In this document: positions 1-7,958 of the stretch, one piece after another
Layout: each line of letters begins with the position of its first letter
Numbering within the stretch: the stretch's first letter is position 1
Assembly (NCBI GenBank): GCA_964598765.1
Contig: CAZRCZ010000003.1
Coordinates: 152,423-216,422 of the forward strand
From: an uncultured Candidatus Sumerlaeota bacterium
Lineage (GTDB): Bacteria; Sumerlaeota; Sumerlaeia; MVZB01; JAJFLK01
DNA: 64,000 nt
Direction: 5' to 3'
Program-made: the position numbers and the translations under genes
Notes under the pieces: generated by a model
The model's input: only the letters and a program-made list of their open reading frames with translations
Told to the model about the DNA's origin: nothing
The model's database searches: none

Positions 1-690
1 GCTCCCGAACAGCTTGCCGAGGAGGAGGAAAAAGAATTTCAGTCGCTGGACGCGCATTCCTCGCCGCCGCTACGGGAAATTTTGGGCAACATGCTCCGCT
101 TGGATCGGACGCTGGACGCCGAGGTTTTTCTGAAAACCTTGGGACGCAAAAGAACCGGACGCGCGGGTTCCTTCGCCGACGGTTGCGAGGCGGTGATGGA
201 CGCCCTGCATACGCAGGGAATTCGGACTTCGGGGATGGTTCTGCTCGACGGCTCCGGCATGTCCACGCTCGACCGCGTCTCCGCCCATCAAGTCATGAGC
301 GCGCTGGCGTTGATTCATTCCAACCCCCGGTTCAAACTTTTGGAGGGATGCTTTCCCGAAGCCGGGAAGCCGGGCGCGCTGGAACACCGCTTCGCGTCGG
401 AAGACGCTGAAGCCGGTTCCCTAAAGGAAATTAGAAAGGAAATTCGTGGGACAGGATCTAAACCTACATCACCTACATCCCCGCCGAAATCCCCGGAACA
501 TCCTCCCGCCGTCCTCGCTCTTTCGGGCGAAATGAAGGGAGTGGAAACGCTCGCCGGATGGGCGCGCACCCAATCGGGACACCCGATCCATTTCGTCTTT
601 CTCGTGACCGGATCGAAACTCACCGCCAAAGAATTGCAGGAACGCGCCGACGCGGTGATCTTGGAAATCACCCGCTCGGCGATAAATTGA
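1..690 (+). CDS. dacB: D-alanyl-D-alanine carboxypeptidase/endopeptidase (PBP4, peptidase S13), C-terminal part; 5' end lies outside the window
   Basis: Frame 1 is open from nt 1 to the stop at 688-690. 'LLDGSGMSTLDRVSAHQV' and 'GVETLAGWARTQSGHPIHFVFLV' resemble the C-terminal region of S13 PBP4 proteins. Confidence 0.6.
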   Translation, partial: APEQLAEEEEKEFQSLDAHSSPPLREILGNMLRLDRTLDAEVFLKTLGRKRTGRAGSFADGCEAVMDALHTQGIRTSGMVLLDGSGMSTLDRVSAHQVMSALALIHSNPRFKLLEGCFPEAGKPGALEHRFASEDAEAGSLKEIRKEIRGTGSKPTSPTSPPKSPEHPPAVLALSGEMKGVETLAGWARTQSGHPIHFVFLVTGSKLTAKELQERADAVILEITRSAIN

Positions 691-753
691 TTGTTCACCG
701 TAGGTTGGCGGCGACAAGAAAATATCGCGACGCAAAACAGCAACGCAGGAAAA

Positions 754-843
754 TTCTCACGCAGAGGCGCGGAGACCGCAGAGGAAATGAGAAGACCAAA
801 GACCGATGGTTTTCTCTGCGAACTCTGCGCCTCTGCGTGAGAA
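754..843. repeat. Octamer-hairpin repeat ('cgcagagg' type) between convergent dacB and ccsA
   Basis: Arms 754-783 and 814-843 are reverse complements (27/30) around a 30-nt loop. Outer ends read 'ttctcacgcagagg' and 'cctctgcgtgagaa'. Confidence 0.9.
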
Positions 844-917
844 ATAGCGTTGAATAAATTCCCCGCGCTTTGGAAGACAACATTCAGCGGATCGAGTTTC
901 CAAACACGACCTCGGGC

Positions 918-2645
918 TTAACCGATGTGGAAAATCTGCTTCAAAAATCCCGCGAAGCTCACGCCGTCTTTCTCGACGTAGGAATGAAGCCCCGGCAGAA
1001 AGAAACTCACGCCCAAATAAGTGAAAACGACCGCCGCGAAACCCAAAACCGAAAGCCAAATTCCCTTCGGTCCACGCCAGCCCATGAAGAGGCGGAAATG
1101 CAAATAGAGCGCGTAGATCATCCACGTAATCGCGGCGGCGGTTTCCTTTGGGTCGAATCCCCACGGGCGACCCCACGCCTCCGACGCCCACACCGCGCCC
1201 AAAATCACTCCCCCCGTCAGAATTGGAAATCCAATGGTGATGATGCGAAACGTGAGGCTGTCGAGATAGAGAAGCGTCGCGTCGGCGGCGACGTCGTATC
1301 CGGCGCGCCGGATCAACATCACGCGCCGGACCAGATAACAAACCGCGACGAAGAACGCCAGCGCGAAAAAGGCGTAGGAGGTCAGCATCGAGGTGACGTG
1401 AATGTGAAGCCAATACGATTGGAGCGCGTCAATCAGCGGAAGAATTTTGCGGCCGTATTGAAGCGGGATGTTGTTGGCGATTCCCATGAAGAACGCTCCG
1501 AGCGTCGCGCCCCCCAACCCCACGACCCGCGTGCGGTAATAGGCCGAGATGGCGATGCTCATCACGGTCATGACGGCGATGATGAAAACCGCCGACTCGA
1601 AAAGATTGGCGACCGGCGTTCGGTTGGCGAGAATCCCCCGGATCACCATCGCGGAGACGTGAAAGAGCGCGCCCAAACCGAGCGACGCGCCGGCGAGCGC
1701 GGAAAACAATTTTTTTCCGGCCAAATTTTTTCCGGCCAGATAGGAAACCAAAAAGATCAGCGCGGAAAAGCAGTAAGTCCAGCCCGCGAGCCGGAACAAT
1801 CCGACGTGCGAATCCCAACGATCCAATTTGATTTTCCATTCAGGGACGAAAGTCGGAACGCCCAGCGAGCCGAGCGCGCCGACCACGTCGGCGGAGGCTT
1901 GGTTGAAGCCGGCGGCGTCCCCCTTCAGAAACGCCTCTCCCGTTTTTTCCCACGACGCCACGAGCTTTTCCTCGGCGGGACTTTTCTCCCGGACGTGAAC
2001 GGCGACGTCTTCAATCGTGCGCCAGAGGTCTTTTTCTCCTCGGAAATTTTGCGTCGGCACGATGGTCAATTTTTGCGCCGGAGCGAGCAGGAGGTCCCCC
2101 GTCGAAAAGAGATGACCGAGTTCGGTTTTGATCTCCGCGCTTTTGGGGCTTTTTTCAACTTTCGGGCCCCATTCGGGCTTTGCCCGCTCCAAGGCAAGCG
2201 GAGAAATGTAGGGAGATTTGTCGGAAACGCCCAAAATTTTTCGCAGTTCCGGGTGGCGGATTTTCAAGAGCGGCTCGTTGATCCACGCTTCCGGCTCGAA
2301 GGCCATCGAGAACATGTTTTCCATTGCGCCCCGTCCGCCGTAATTGGCCGAACCGGTGACTTCGCGGACCGTCTCCTTGGCGAACGTGTAGAGCGATTTT
2401 TCCAATCCCCCTTCTTGAATCGGAACCAATTCCCATACCGAAAAATCAAATCCGGGATGATTTTTGACCTTTGGCAATGACGGTTCCGTCGGTTCATCCG
2501 CCGCTCGGCTCCGTCCCGGCCATGAGGTCAAGAGCAGTAAGACGAACGCCGCTTTCAAAAAAGAGGTGATGTGGCAGAGCCGCCCTCGGATGTGGCGGAA
2601 CGTTTTGAATGATTTGTCCTGATGATTGTCGCTCCTGTTTAACAT
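918..2645 (-). CDS. ccsA: Cytochrome c biogenesis protein CcsA/ResC (system II haem handling) with a long N-terminal extension
   Basis: W-rich motif 'WASEAWGRPWGFDPKE' and multiple TM helices in the C-terminal half. ATG at 2645 chosen because it follows the resB stop; the ORF is open to 2783 but that start would overlap resB. Confidence 0.85.
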   Translation of the reverse strand: MLNRSDNHQDKSFKTFRHIRGRLCHITSFLKAAFVLLLLTSWPGRSRAADEPTEPSLPKVKNHPGFDFSVWELVPIQEGGLEKSLYTFAKETVREVTGSANYGGRGAMENMFSMAFEPEAWINEPLLKIRHPELRKILGVSDKSPYISPLALERAKPEWGPKVEKSPKSAEIKTELGHLFSTGDLLLAPAQKLTIVPTQNFRGEKDLWRTIEDVAVHVREKSPAEEKLVASWEKTGEAFLKGDAAGFNQASADVVGALGSLGVPTFVPEWKIKLDRWDSHVGLFRLAGWTYCFSALIFLVSYLAGKNLAGKKLFSALAGASLGLGALFHVSAMVIRGILANRTPVANLFESAVFIIAVMTVMSIAISAYYRTRVVGLGGATLGAFFMGIANNIPLQYGRKILPLIDALQSYWLHIHVTSMLTSYAFFALAFFVAVCYLVRRVMLIRRAGYDVAADATLLYLDSLTFRIITIGFPILTGGVILGAVWASEAWGRPWGFDPKETAAAITWMIYALYLHFRLFMGWRGPKGIWLSVLGFAAVVFTYLGVSFFLPGLHSYVEKDGVSFAGFLKQIFHIG

Positions 2646-2650
2646 TTTTT

Positions 2651-2685
2651 CCACCTCTCTGTGTTCTCTGTGTCTCTGTGGTGAA
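2651..2685. repeat. Solo arm of the octamer-hairpin family ('cacagaga' type) in the resB-ccsA spacer
   Basis: 'ccacctctctgtgttctctgtgtctctgtggtgaa' matches arms at 7744, 11092 and 32477. Confidence 0.75.
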
Positions 2686-2695
2686 TTTCTCTCCC

Positions 2696-4543
2696 TCATA
2701 AACTCGTCGAAAGCTTCGGCCTTGATCCCGGAACCGCGATCCGGATTTCCGGTTGCATTTGAACTTCTTTGTCGGCGGACCATCGCGCCATGACCTCCGC
2801 CAATTCATCCTCCAGAGCCTCCCTAGAATACCGCGATTCGCCGCCGATCCATAGGGTCTTTTTGTTCCAATCCACGAACGCCCAGACCCGCCGCCGCGAG
2901 ACAAAAAACGCCAGCACCGGACCGGACGAGGCGAAAATCGCCCCCAACCAAACGACCGGAATCCCCGGATTCTTGCTGATCGCCAGCGTCGTCATGTAGG
3001 TCGGGATCTTGTTGAACGATTCCAGTGTGTAATTGCCCGGAATATCCAAGCCCGCGTTCTCGCTTTCGGCCATCGGAATCGGTTGTCCTTTCTTCAGGCG
3101 GTAGTTCTTGTTCGTGGCGATGCTGGAGTGTTCCAAGGCGATGGTGACGACGGCGCGATTTTCGATTCCCTTGGCGGATGAATCCGAAGGCGTCGCGCCG
3201 CCGATCTTTTCCATCGGCGACTGCGCTCCGGCGTCCGCCATGGCAATGGGATCCATCGCAACGTCGGTGATAACAAAAGTGATCGCGCTCTGCGGTTCTC
3301 CCGCCGACTCGGGCGGTTTCCGATCCTTCGTGAAAACCCATTCCGATCCGATCATTTCCTTGTTCAGGGAAATGGCAATCAGCGCGGCGGGATTATTGGG
3401 ATCGTTGCTTTTGTTAAAGATGTCGCCTGTCGCTTCGTCCTTCGCATAGTCGGGGAAGAACCGAACCATCTCGATCCGATAATCCCCCATCGGCGATTTG
3501 ACACTGCGCGCCAAAAGTTTTTCCTTCGTCGCCACCGACCAAATCGCCTCTTGGCGCGTCCCGCCGCTTTCCACCGCAAAGAAAAGATCGTTGTGCCCGG
3601 GGAGCGGCGTGATTTCTTTTTGGCCGGAAATGAGATAAGTCTCGAATTCGTAGTTTTTTTTGTTTCCGTCCGGAAGATTTTCGGCGAGCTTCACGAAATA
3701 TCTCGATGGAGCTTCCTTGTCCGACAACTCCCGATAACTCGTCTGATGAAAAAACCACCCTTGATAACTTACCTTGTGATTGACGCGCACAAACTCGTTG
3801 TCCTGATTTCCGTTTTTATCGGTGAAGGTCAGCGTCGTTTTGTATTTTAACGCAGTGCTGGTTCCGGGATATTCCGTGAACTCAAAATCACGGCATGTGA
3901 CCGAAAATCCCAGCGGATTCTTGTCTTTGCCGTCGTCTTGTTTGCTGTAATAATCCGCAGTCTCCCCTTCGGCCAAATTGACGTTCCCATCCTCCTTGAA
4001 AAGCGACTCGCCGAGCGAACCGAGAATAATCGAAATCAGTCCGAGATGCGTGACCGTCGAGCCGAAACGCGAGATCAAACCTCGATGGGCGTAAAGGCCG
4101 TCGGCGTCGTAGAACGTCCGGTAGCCGAGTTGATGAAACGCCTTCGCCAGCGACGCCATCAAGCCGCGCGAATCCTCGATCCGCGTCTGTTTGAAATTGG
4201 CGCGGTGCTTGATCTTCATTCCTTTGTAGATGTCTCCGTTTTTGCGGAAGAAGGGGAGAAATTGCGGATAGGTCACCTCGACGTAGGTCATGTAGGTGTT
4301 GAGGAGCAGGTTGACCCCTTGCAGGGTAAGAAGCGAGCGATACCACCACGTCTTGAAGACGATCCGGAGCGACATGCCCGATTCATGCGGAAGGAATTCG
4401 CCGATCGTGCTGGCAATGGCGATGAGCGTCAGAACGGTCAGCCCGAGTTGAAGACTTCCAAAGAATCGAATGACGGGATTGTGCACCACGCTCGAGACGA
4501 ACTCGAACTTTTCGACGTATTCGGGCGGTTTGGTTTTGGCCAT
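2696..4543 (-). CDS. resB: Cytochrome c biogenesis protein ResB/Ccs1
   Basis: N-terminal TM 'FFGSLQLGLTVLTLIAIASTIGEF', a large soluble middle domain and a C-terminal TM 'VVWLGAIFASSGPVLAFFVSRRR'. Lies directly upstream of ccsA on the same strand. Confidence 0.8.
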   Translation of the reverse strand: MAKTKPPEYVEKFEFVSSVVHNPVIRFFGSLQLGLTVLTLIAIASTIGEFLPHESGMSLRIVFKTWWYRSLLTLQGVNLLLNTYMTYVEVTYPQFLPFFRKNGDIYKGMKIKHRANFKQTRIEDSRGLMASLAKAFHQLGYRTFYDADGLYAHRGLISRFGSTVTHLGLISIILGSLGESLFKEDGNVNLAEGETADYYSKQDDGKDKNPLGFSVTCRDFEFTEYPGTSTALKYKTTLTFTDKNGNQDNEFVRVNHKVSYQGWFFHQTSYRELSDKEAPSRYFVKLAENLPDGNKKNYEFETYLISGQKEITPLPGHNDLFFAVESGGTRQEAIWSVATKEKLLARSVKSPMGDYRIEMVRFFPDYAKDEATGDIFNKSNDPNNPAALIAISLNKEMIGSEWVFTKDRKPPESAGEPQSAITFVITDVAMDPIAMADAGAQSPMEKIGGATPSDSSAKGIENRAVVTIALEHSSIATNKNYRLKKGQPIPMAESENAGLDIPGNYTLESFNKIPTYMTTLAISKNPGIPVVWLGAIFASSGPVLAFFVSRRRVWAFVDWNKKTLWIGGESRYSREALEDELAEVMARWSADKEVQMQPEIRIAVPGSRPKLSTSL

Positions 4544-4765
4544 TCGGATCGAACCTGATAAACGCTTTGCGTCTGGACGCTTGCCCTTTCAGTTTAGAAG
4601 ATACGGGAAAGAGGGTAAATCAAAATCGGGTTGGGATAAATGCCCGGAGAGCGCAACGCGCCCCCGACCCGTCCTGCCTCAATATCCCCTAAATCAGGAC
4701 CAGACGATTTTGAAAAGGGTTGGGTTTTTTCGGAATCTTGATTCCGGCGAGAAGAACGGAAGGCT

Positions 4766-4850
4766 TGGTGCGGGCGGAGGGACTCGAACCCCCACGGATT
4801 GCTCCACCAGATCCTAAGTCTGGCGCGTCTGCCAATTCCGCCACGCCCGC
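4766..4850 (-). tRNA. tRNA-Leu (anticodon TAG), 85 nt, class II with long variable arm, encoded CCA
   Basis: Reverse complement reads GCGGGCG-TG-GCGGAATTGGCAGACGCGCCAGACTTAGGATCTGG...GGGGGTTCGAGTCCCTCCGCCCGCACCA. The 7-bp acceptor stem pairs, the anticodon stem is CCAGA/TCTGG with loop CTTAGGA, and the T-loop is GGTTCGAGTCC. Confidence 0.92.
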
Positions 4851-4905
4851 GCGAATTTCAGGATATTACAACGGGCGAGCGTCGGCAAAGGATTTGCAAT
4901 AGGCT

Positions 4906-6423
4906 CTACTCAAGCCCCGTCTCCGCCATTTCGACCGCCGCCAGCATACCCTTGGCTTTGATGACCGTCTCTTGAAATTCGTTTTCCGGAATGGAATCGG
5001 CGACCAATCCGGCGGCGGCTTGGACGTAAGCCGCGTCGTCCTTGATGAGAACCGTGCGGATCGTGATGCAGGTGTCGAGGTTGCCGTTGAATCCGAAATA
5101 ACCGCACGCGCCGCCGTAGGGACCGCGCCGCAGATTCTCCAGTTCGTCTATGATTTCCATCGCGCGGATTTTCGGCGCGCCGGTGAGCGTCCCGGCGGGA
5201 AATCCGGCTTGCGCCGCGTCGAAGCCGTCGCAATCGCTTTTCAATTTTCCCGTCACGTTGCTGACGATGTGCATGACGTGGGAATACCGCTCGATGGACA
5301 TGAGATCGTTGACGCGAACCGATCCGGCCTCGCTCACGCGCCCGCAATCATTGCGCCCCAAATCCACCAGCATGATGTGTTCGGCGCGCTCCTTGGGATC
5401 GGCGAGCAGTTCCTTTTCCAGCGCGGCGTCTTCTTCGGCGGTCGCGCCGCGCCTGCGCGTCCCGGCGATGGGCCGGATTGTCACCTCGCGGTCGTGAACC
5501 GTCACAAGAATTTCGGGACTTGAACCGGCAAGTTTTAGATCGCCATACTTCAAGTAAAACATATAGGGAGAGGGATTGATCGCCCGGAGCGCGCGATACA
5601 CGTCGAACGGATCGCCGTGAAACGGGCGGCTGAACCTCTGCGAGAGGACGATTTGAAACGCATCGCCGGCAAGAATGTATTCGCGCGCCTTCTCCACTCC
5701 CTTCTTGAATTGCTCCGGCGTCATGTTGGAAGCGACCTTGGAATTGCGGATCGCGGATTTCGGATCGCGGATGGGGGAGTCGGGGGCGTGAACGGGAGGA
5801 TAATCGGCGTGGGTGATGGCCTTTCCTTTCAGCCGTTCGGCGAGAACCTCGATTTTGTGGATCGCTTCCTTGTAAGCCGCTTCGGGCGAATCCTCGACGT
5901 GCGCATTGTGGATGATCAACACGCGACGCCGAACGTGATCGAACGCGACGACCGAATCGGCGATCATGAAGAAACTGTCGGGAAGCTGAAGATCGTCGGG
6001 ATTGCGGTCGGGAAGTTTTTCAAATCGCCGGACGAGATCGTAAGCCATGTATCCGACCGCGCCGCCAATGAACGGAGGCAAACGCGGATCGGCGACCGGA
6101 CGATACCGCCGCATGAAATCGCGCAGGAATGAAAAGACGTTCGGACAATCGCGGATGTCCTCCTCGTCGTTGCCGCGCATGATCATCACCTCGGAGCCGC
6201 GGCTCCGAATCACAATCGGCGGATTGCAACCCATGAAGGAATATCGTCCGACTCGCTCCCCCTGCTCGACGCTCTCGAGAAGAAATGCAAATTCCCCGTC
6301 GTCGAGTTTCTTGAACGCCGAAACCGGCGTCTCCATGTCGGCGAGCAATTCGGCCCAGACCGGAATCAGGTTTCCCTGCCTGCATTTTTCCTTGAAGGCG
6401 TTGAGATCGGGTTGGATGTTCAT
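4906..6423 (-). CDS. trpE: Anthranilate synthase component I
   Basis: 'LSQRFSRPF', 'GTLTGAPKIRAMEIIDELE' and 'RGPYGGACGYF' are chorismate-binding TrpE motifs. ATG at 6423 ('MNIQPDLNAF'); the ORF is open to 6483. Confidence 0.9.
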   Translation of the reverse strand: MNIQPDLNAFKEKCRQGNLIPVWAELLADMETPVSAFKKLDDGEFAFLLESVEQGERVGRYSFMGCNPPIVIRSRGSEVMIMRGNDEEDIRDCPNVFSFLRDFMRRYRPVADPRLPPFIGGAVGYMAYDLVRRFEKLPDRNPDDLQLPDSFFMIADSVVAFDHVRRRVLIIHNAHVEDSPEAAYKEAIHKIEVLAERLKGKAITHADYPPVHAPDSPIRDPKSAIRNSKVASNMTPEQFKKGVEKAREYILAGDAFQIVLSQRFSRPFHGDPFDVYRALRAINPSPYMFYLKYGDLKLAGSSPEILVTVHDREVTIRPIAGTRRRGATAEEDAALEKELLADPKERAEHIMLVDLGRNDCGRVSEAGSVRVNDLMSIERYSHVMHIVSNVTGKLKSDCDGFDAAQAGFPAGTLTGAPKIRAMEIIDELENLRRGPYGGACGYFGFNGNLDTCITIRTVLIKDDAAYVQAAAGLVADSIPENEFQETVIKAKGMLAAVEMAETGLE

Positions 6424-6501
6424 GCTTGTCCCCGCGCGAATGTGGACGGCGGGATTATCACACGCGGGGACGGGGATTCTCAATGCTTATGGATTTGGAG
6501 G

Positions 6502-6581
6502 ATTCAACGCAAGGACGCAAAGACGCAATGATGTTGTATGATCCGCTTTGCGTCCTTGCGCCTTGGCGACTTTGCGTTAAT
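6502..6581. repeat. Octamer-hairpin repeat ('cgcaagga' type)
   Basis: 'cgcaaggacgcaaag' (6508-6522) pairs perfectly with 'ctttgcgtccttgcg' (6546-6560). Ends read 'attcaacgc' and 'gcgttaat'. Confidence 0.85.
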
Positions 6582-6595
6582 GCCGAATCGCCTCC

Positions 6596-7873
6596 TCACT
6601 TCGCCCCGGCGACGGGCGGAACATCCGCGTTGGGGGTCAGCTTGGCGGGGAAGGTGCGTTGGGTCGCCTCGGTCCAGACGTTGCCGGTTCCGCGACCCGA
6701 CCAAAACAAATCGCCGCCGGGCGCGCTGAATTTCTTGAACCGCTCGTCAATTTTCGCCGGATCCTCGCCGTTCTTGGCGAGCGTGTTGTCGTGAATGAAA
6801 TTGCCGTCGGGATTCGGTTCGACGTCCAGCTTCGTCGCGTCGGGCAGAACGTCGGCCAAACCATACATGGCGATTCCGTAGTTGTTGTGGCCGGAAATTT
6901 CATTGCGCGTGATCTCGCTGTTGTCCGCCGCGTTGATGGCGATGCCGACGCCGGGACGGACCAGATTCACGATGTTCCCCGGCGGCGAAAGGTTGGGATA
7001 ATTGTTATTCAGCACGCGATTGTTGATGACGCGCGCGTTCGTGGCGACCTTGGAGGGAAGATTCGGAAGGAGCACGACCAAAATCCCCAGCGAATTCTCG
7101 TGGGTCGAGTTGTTGGCGAAAAGGACGTTGACGCAATTTTCCGCCTCGATGCCGATCGTGTTGTTGTAGGACTCGCAATTCTGCACGACGACGTCCTTGC
7201 ATTGTCCGGCGTAGATCGCCGCGTCCCAATCCCCTGACGCGACGCAATGCTCGACCAGCACGCCGTCGCACTCGACCGGATAGACGGCGTATTTGCCGGT
7301 GTTGTGCGCGACCAAATCGCGGAACGTCACGTTCTTCGCCTTGTTCACGACGACGCCGTTCCCTGTGTAATTGCGCATCTCAAATCCGCTGATCGTGAAG
7401 TTGTGTCCGGAGACCATCACCGCGTCGTTGAGTTTGTTTTCGCCGTCGAGCAGGGGGCGCTCGCCGTCGGCGACGATCCCGGCCAACTCGATGTTGTCCA
7501 GATCCACGACGACCGCTTCTTTGTAGGTTCCGGGCAAGACTTCAATGCGGTCGCCGGGGCGGCAACGGTCCACGGCGGATTGAATCGTCTGGCCGGGCGC
7601 GACGCGAAACGTCGCCCGAATGGCCGACGCGGTGGCCGAGGGCTGATCCGCCCGCCGTTCGGGATAATGCTTCGCGTTGCTTTCCACACGCGGGGCATCC
7701 TGCGCGAAAAGCGAAGGACAACAAGCGAGAAAGTAAAAACTTACCACGGAGGCACAGAGACACAGAGAAGAAACAGCGCTAAATACGGGTGTCCCTTTTT
7801 CTCCGCTTCCGCGCGTCTCCGCGTCGCAAATTCTTACTTTGGTGTCCTTGCGCCTTGGTGATGAAAAAATCAT
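6596..7873 (-). CDS. Secreted right-handed parallel beta-helix protein (NosD-like); paralogue of the C-terminal half of 11132-13558
   Basis: 'NYTGNGVVVNKAKNVTFRDLVAHNTGKYAVYPVECDGVLVEHCVASGDWDAAIYAGQCKDVVVQNCE' closely matches residues in the 808-aa fusion. Start uncertain: ATG at 7873, ORF open to 7948. The hydrophobic segment 'SSLCLCASVVSFYFLACC' precedes 'SLFAQD'. Confidence 0.7.
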   Translation of the reverse strand: MIFSSPRRKDTKVRICDAETRGSGEKGTPVFSAVSSLCLCASVVSFYFLACCPSLFAQDAPRVESNAKHYPERRADQPSATASAIRATFRVAPGQTIQSAVDRCRPGDRIEVLPGTYKEAVVVDLDNIELAGIVADGERPLLDGENKLNDAVMVSGHNFTISGFEMRNYTGNGVVVNKAKNVTFRDLVAHNTGKYAVYPVECDGVLVEHCVASGDWDAAIYAGQCKDVVVQNCESYNNTIGIEAENCVNVLFANNSTHENSLGILVVLLPNLPSKVATNARVINNRVLNNNYPNLSPPGNIVNLVRPGVGIAINAADNSEITRNEISGHNNYGIAMYGLADVLPDATKLDVEPNPDGNFIHDNTLAKNGEDPAKIDERFKKFSAPGGDLFWSGRGTGNVWTEATQRTFPAKLTPNADVPPVAGAK

Positions 7874-7907
7874 GGCATTTCCTCTCCGTGTCTTTGTGCC
7901 TCGGTGG
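7744..7907. repeat. Composite octamer-hairpin repeat over the 5' end of CDS 6596-7873
   Basis: 'ccacggaggcacagagacacagag' (7744-7767) pairs with 'ctccgtgtctttgtgcctcggtgg' (7884-7907), 21/24. Extra solo arms 'ccgcgcgtctccgcgtcgc' and 'ggtgtccttgcgccttggtg' lie in the loop. Confidence 0.8.
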
Positions 7908-7958
7908 CGATTCTTCATATTCATCATTCTTCCTTCTTTATTCTTCATCCCTCAACCT

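Noticed and set aside
870-2480. 536-aa ORF on the plus strand
   Set aside because: It lies entirely antisense to ccsA, whose frame carries the W-rich haem-handling motif and TM helices. The plus-strand translation is Arg/Gly/His/Pro-rich low complexity, typical of shadow ORFs in GC-rich DNA.
4470-4902. ORFs of 115 aa and 60 aa overlapping the tRNA-Leu locus
   Set aside because: They run across a well-folded tRNA gene on the opposite strand and have no motifs. I treat them as spurious.
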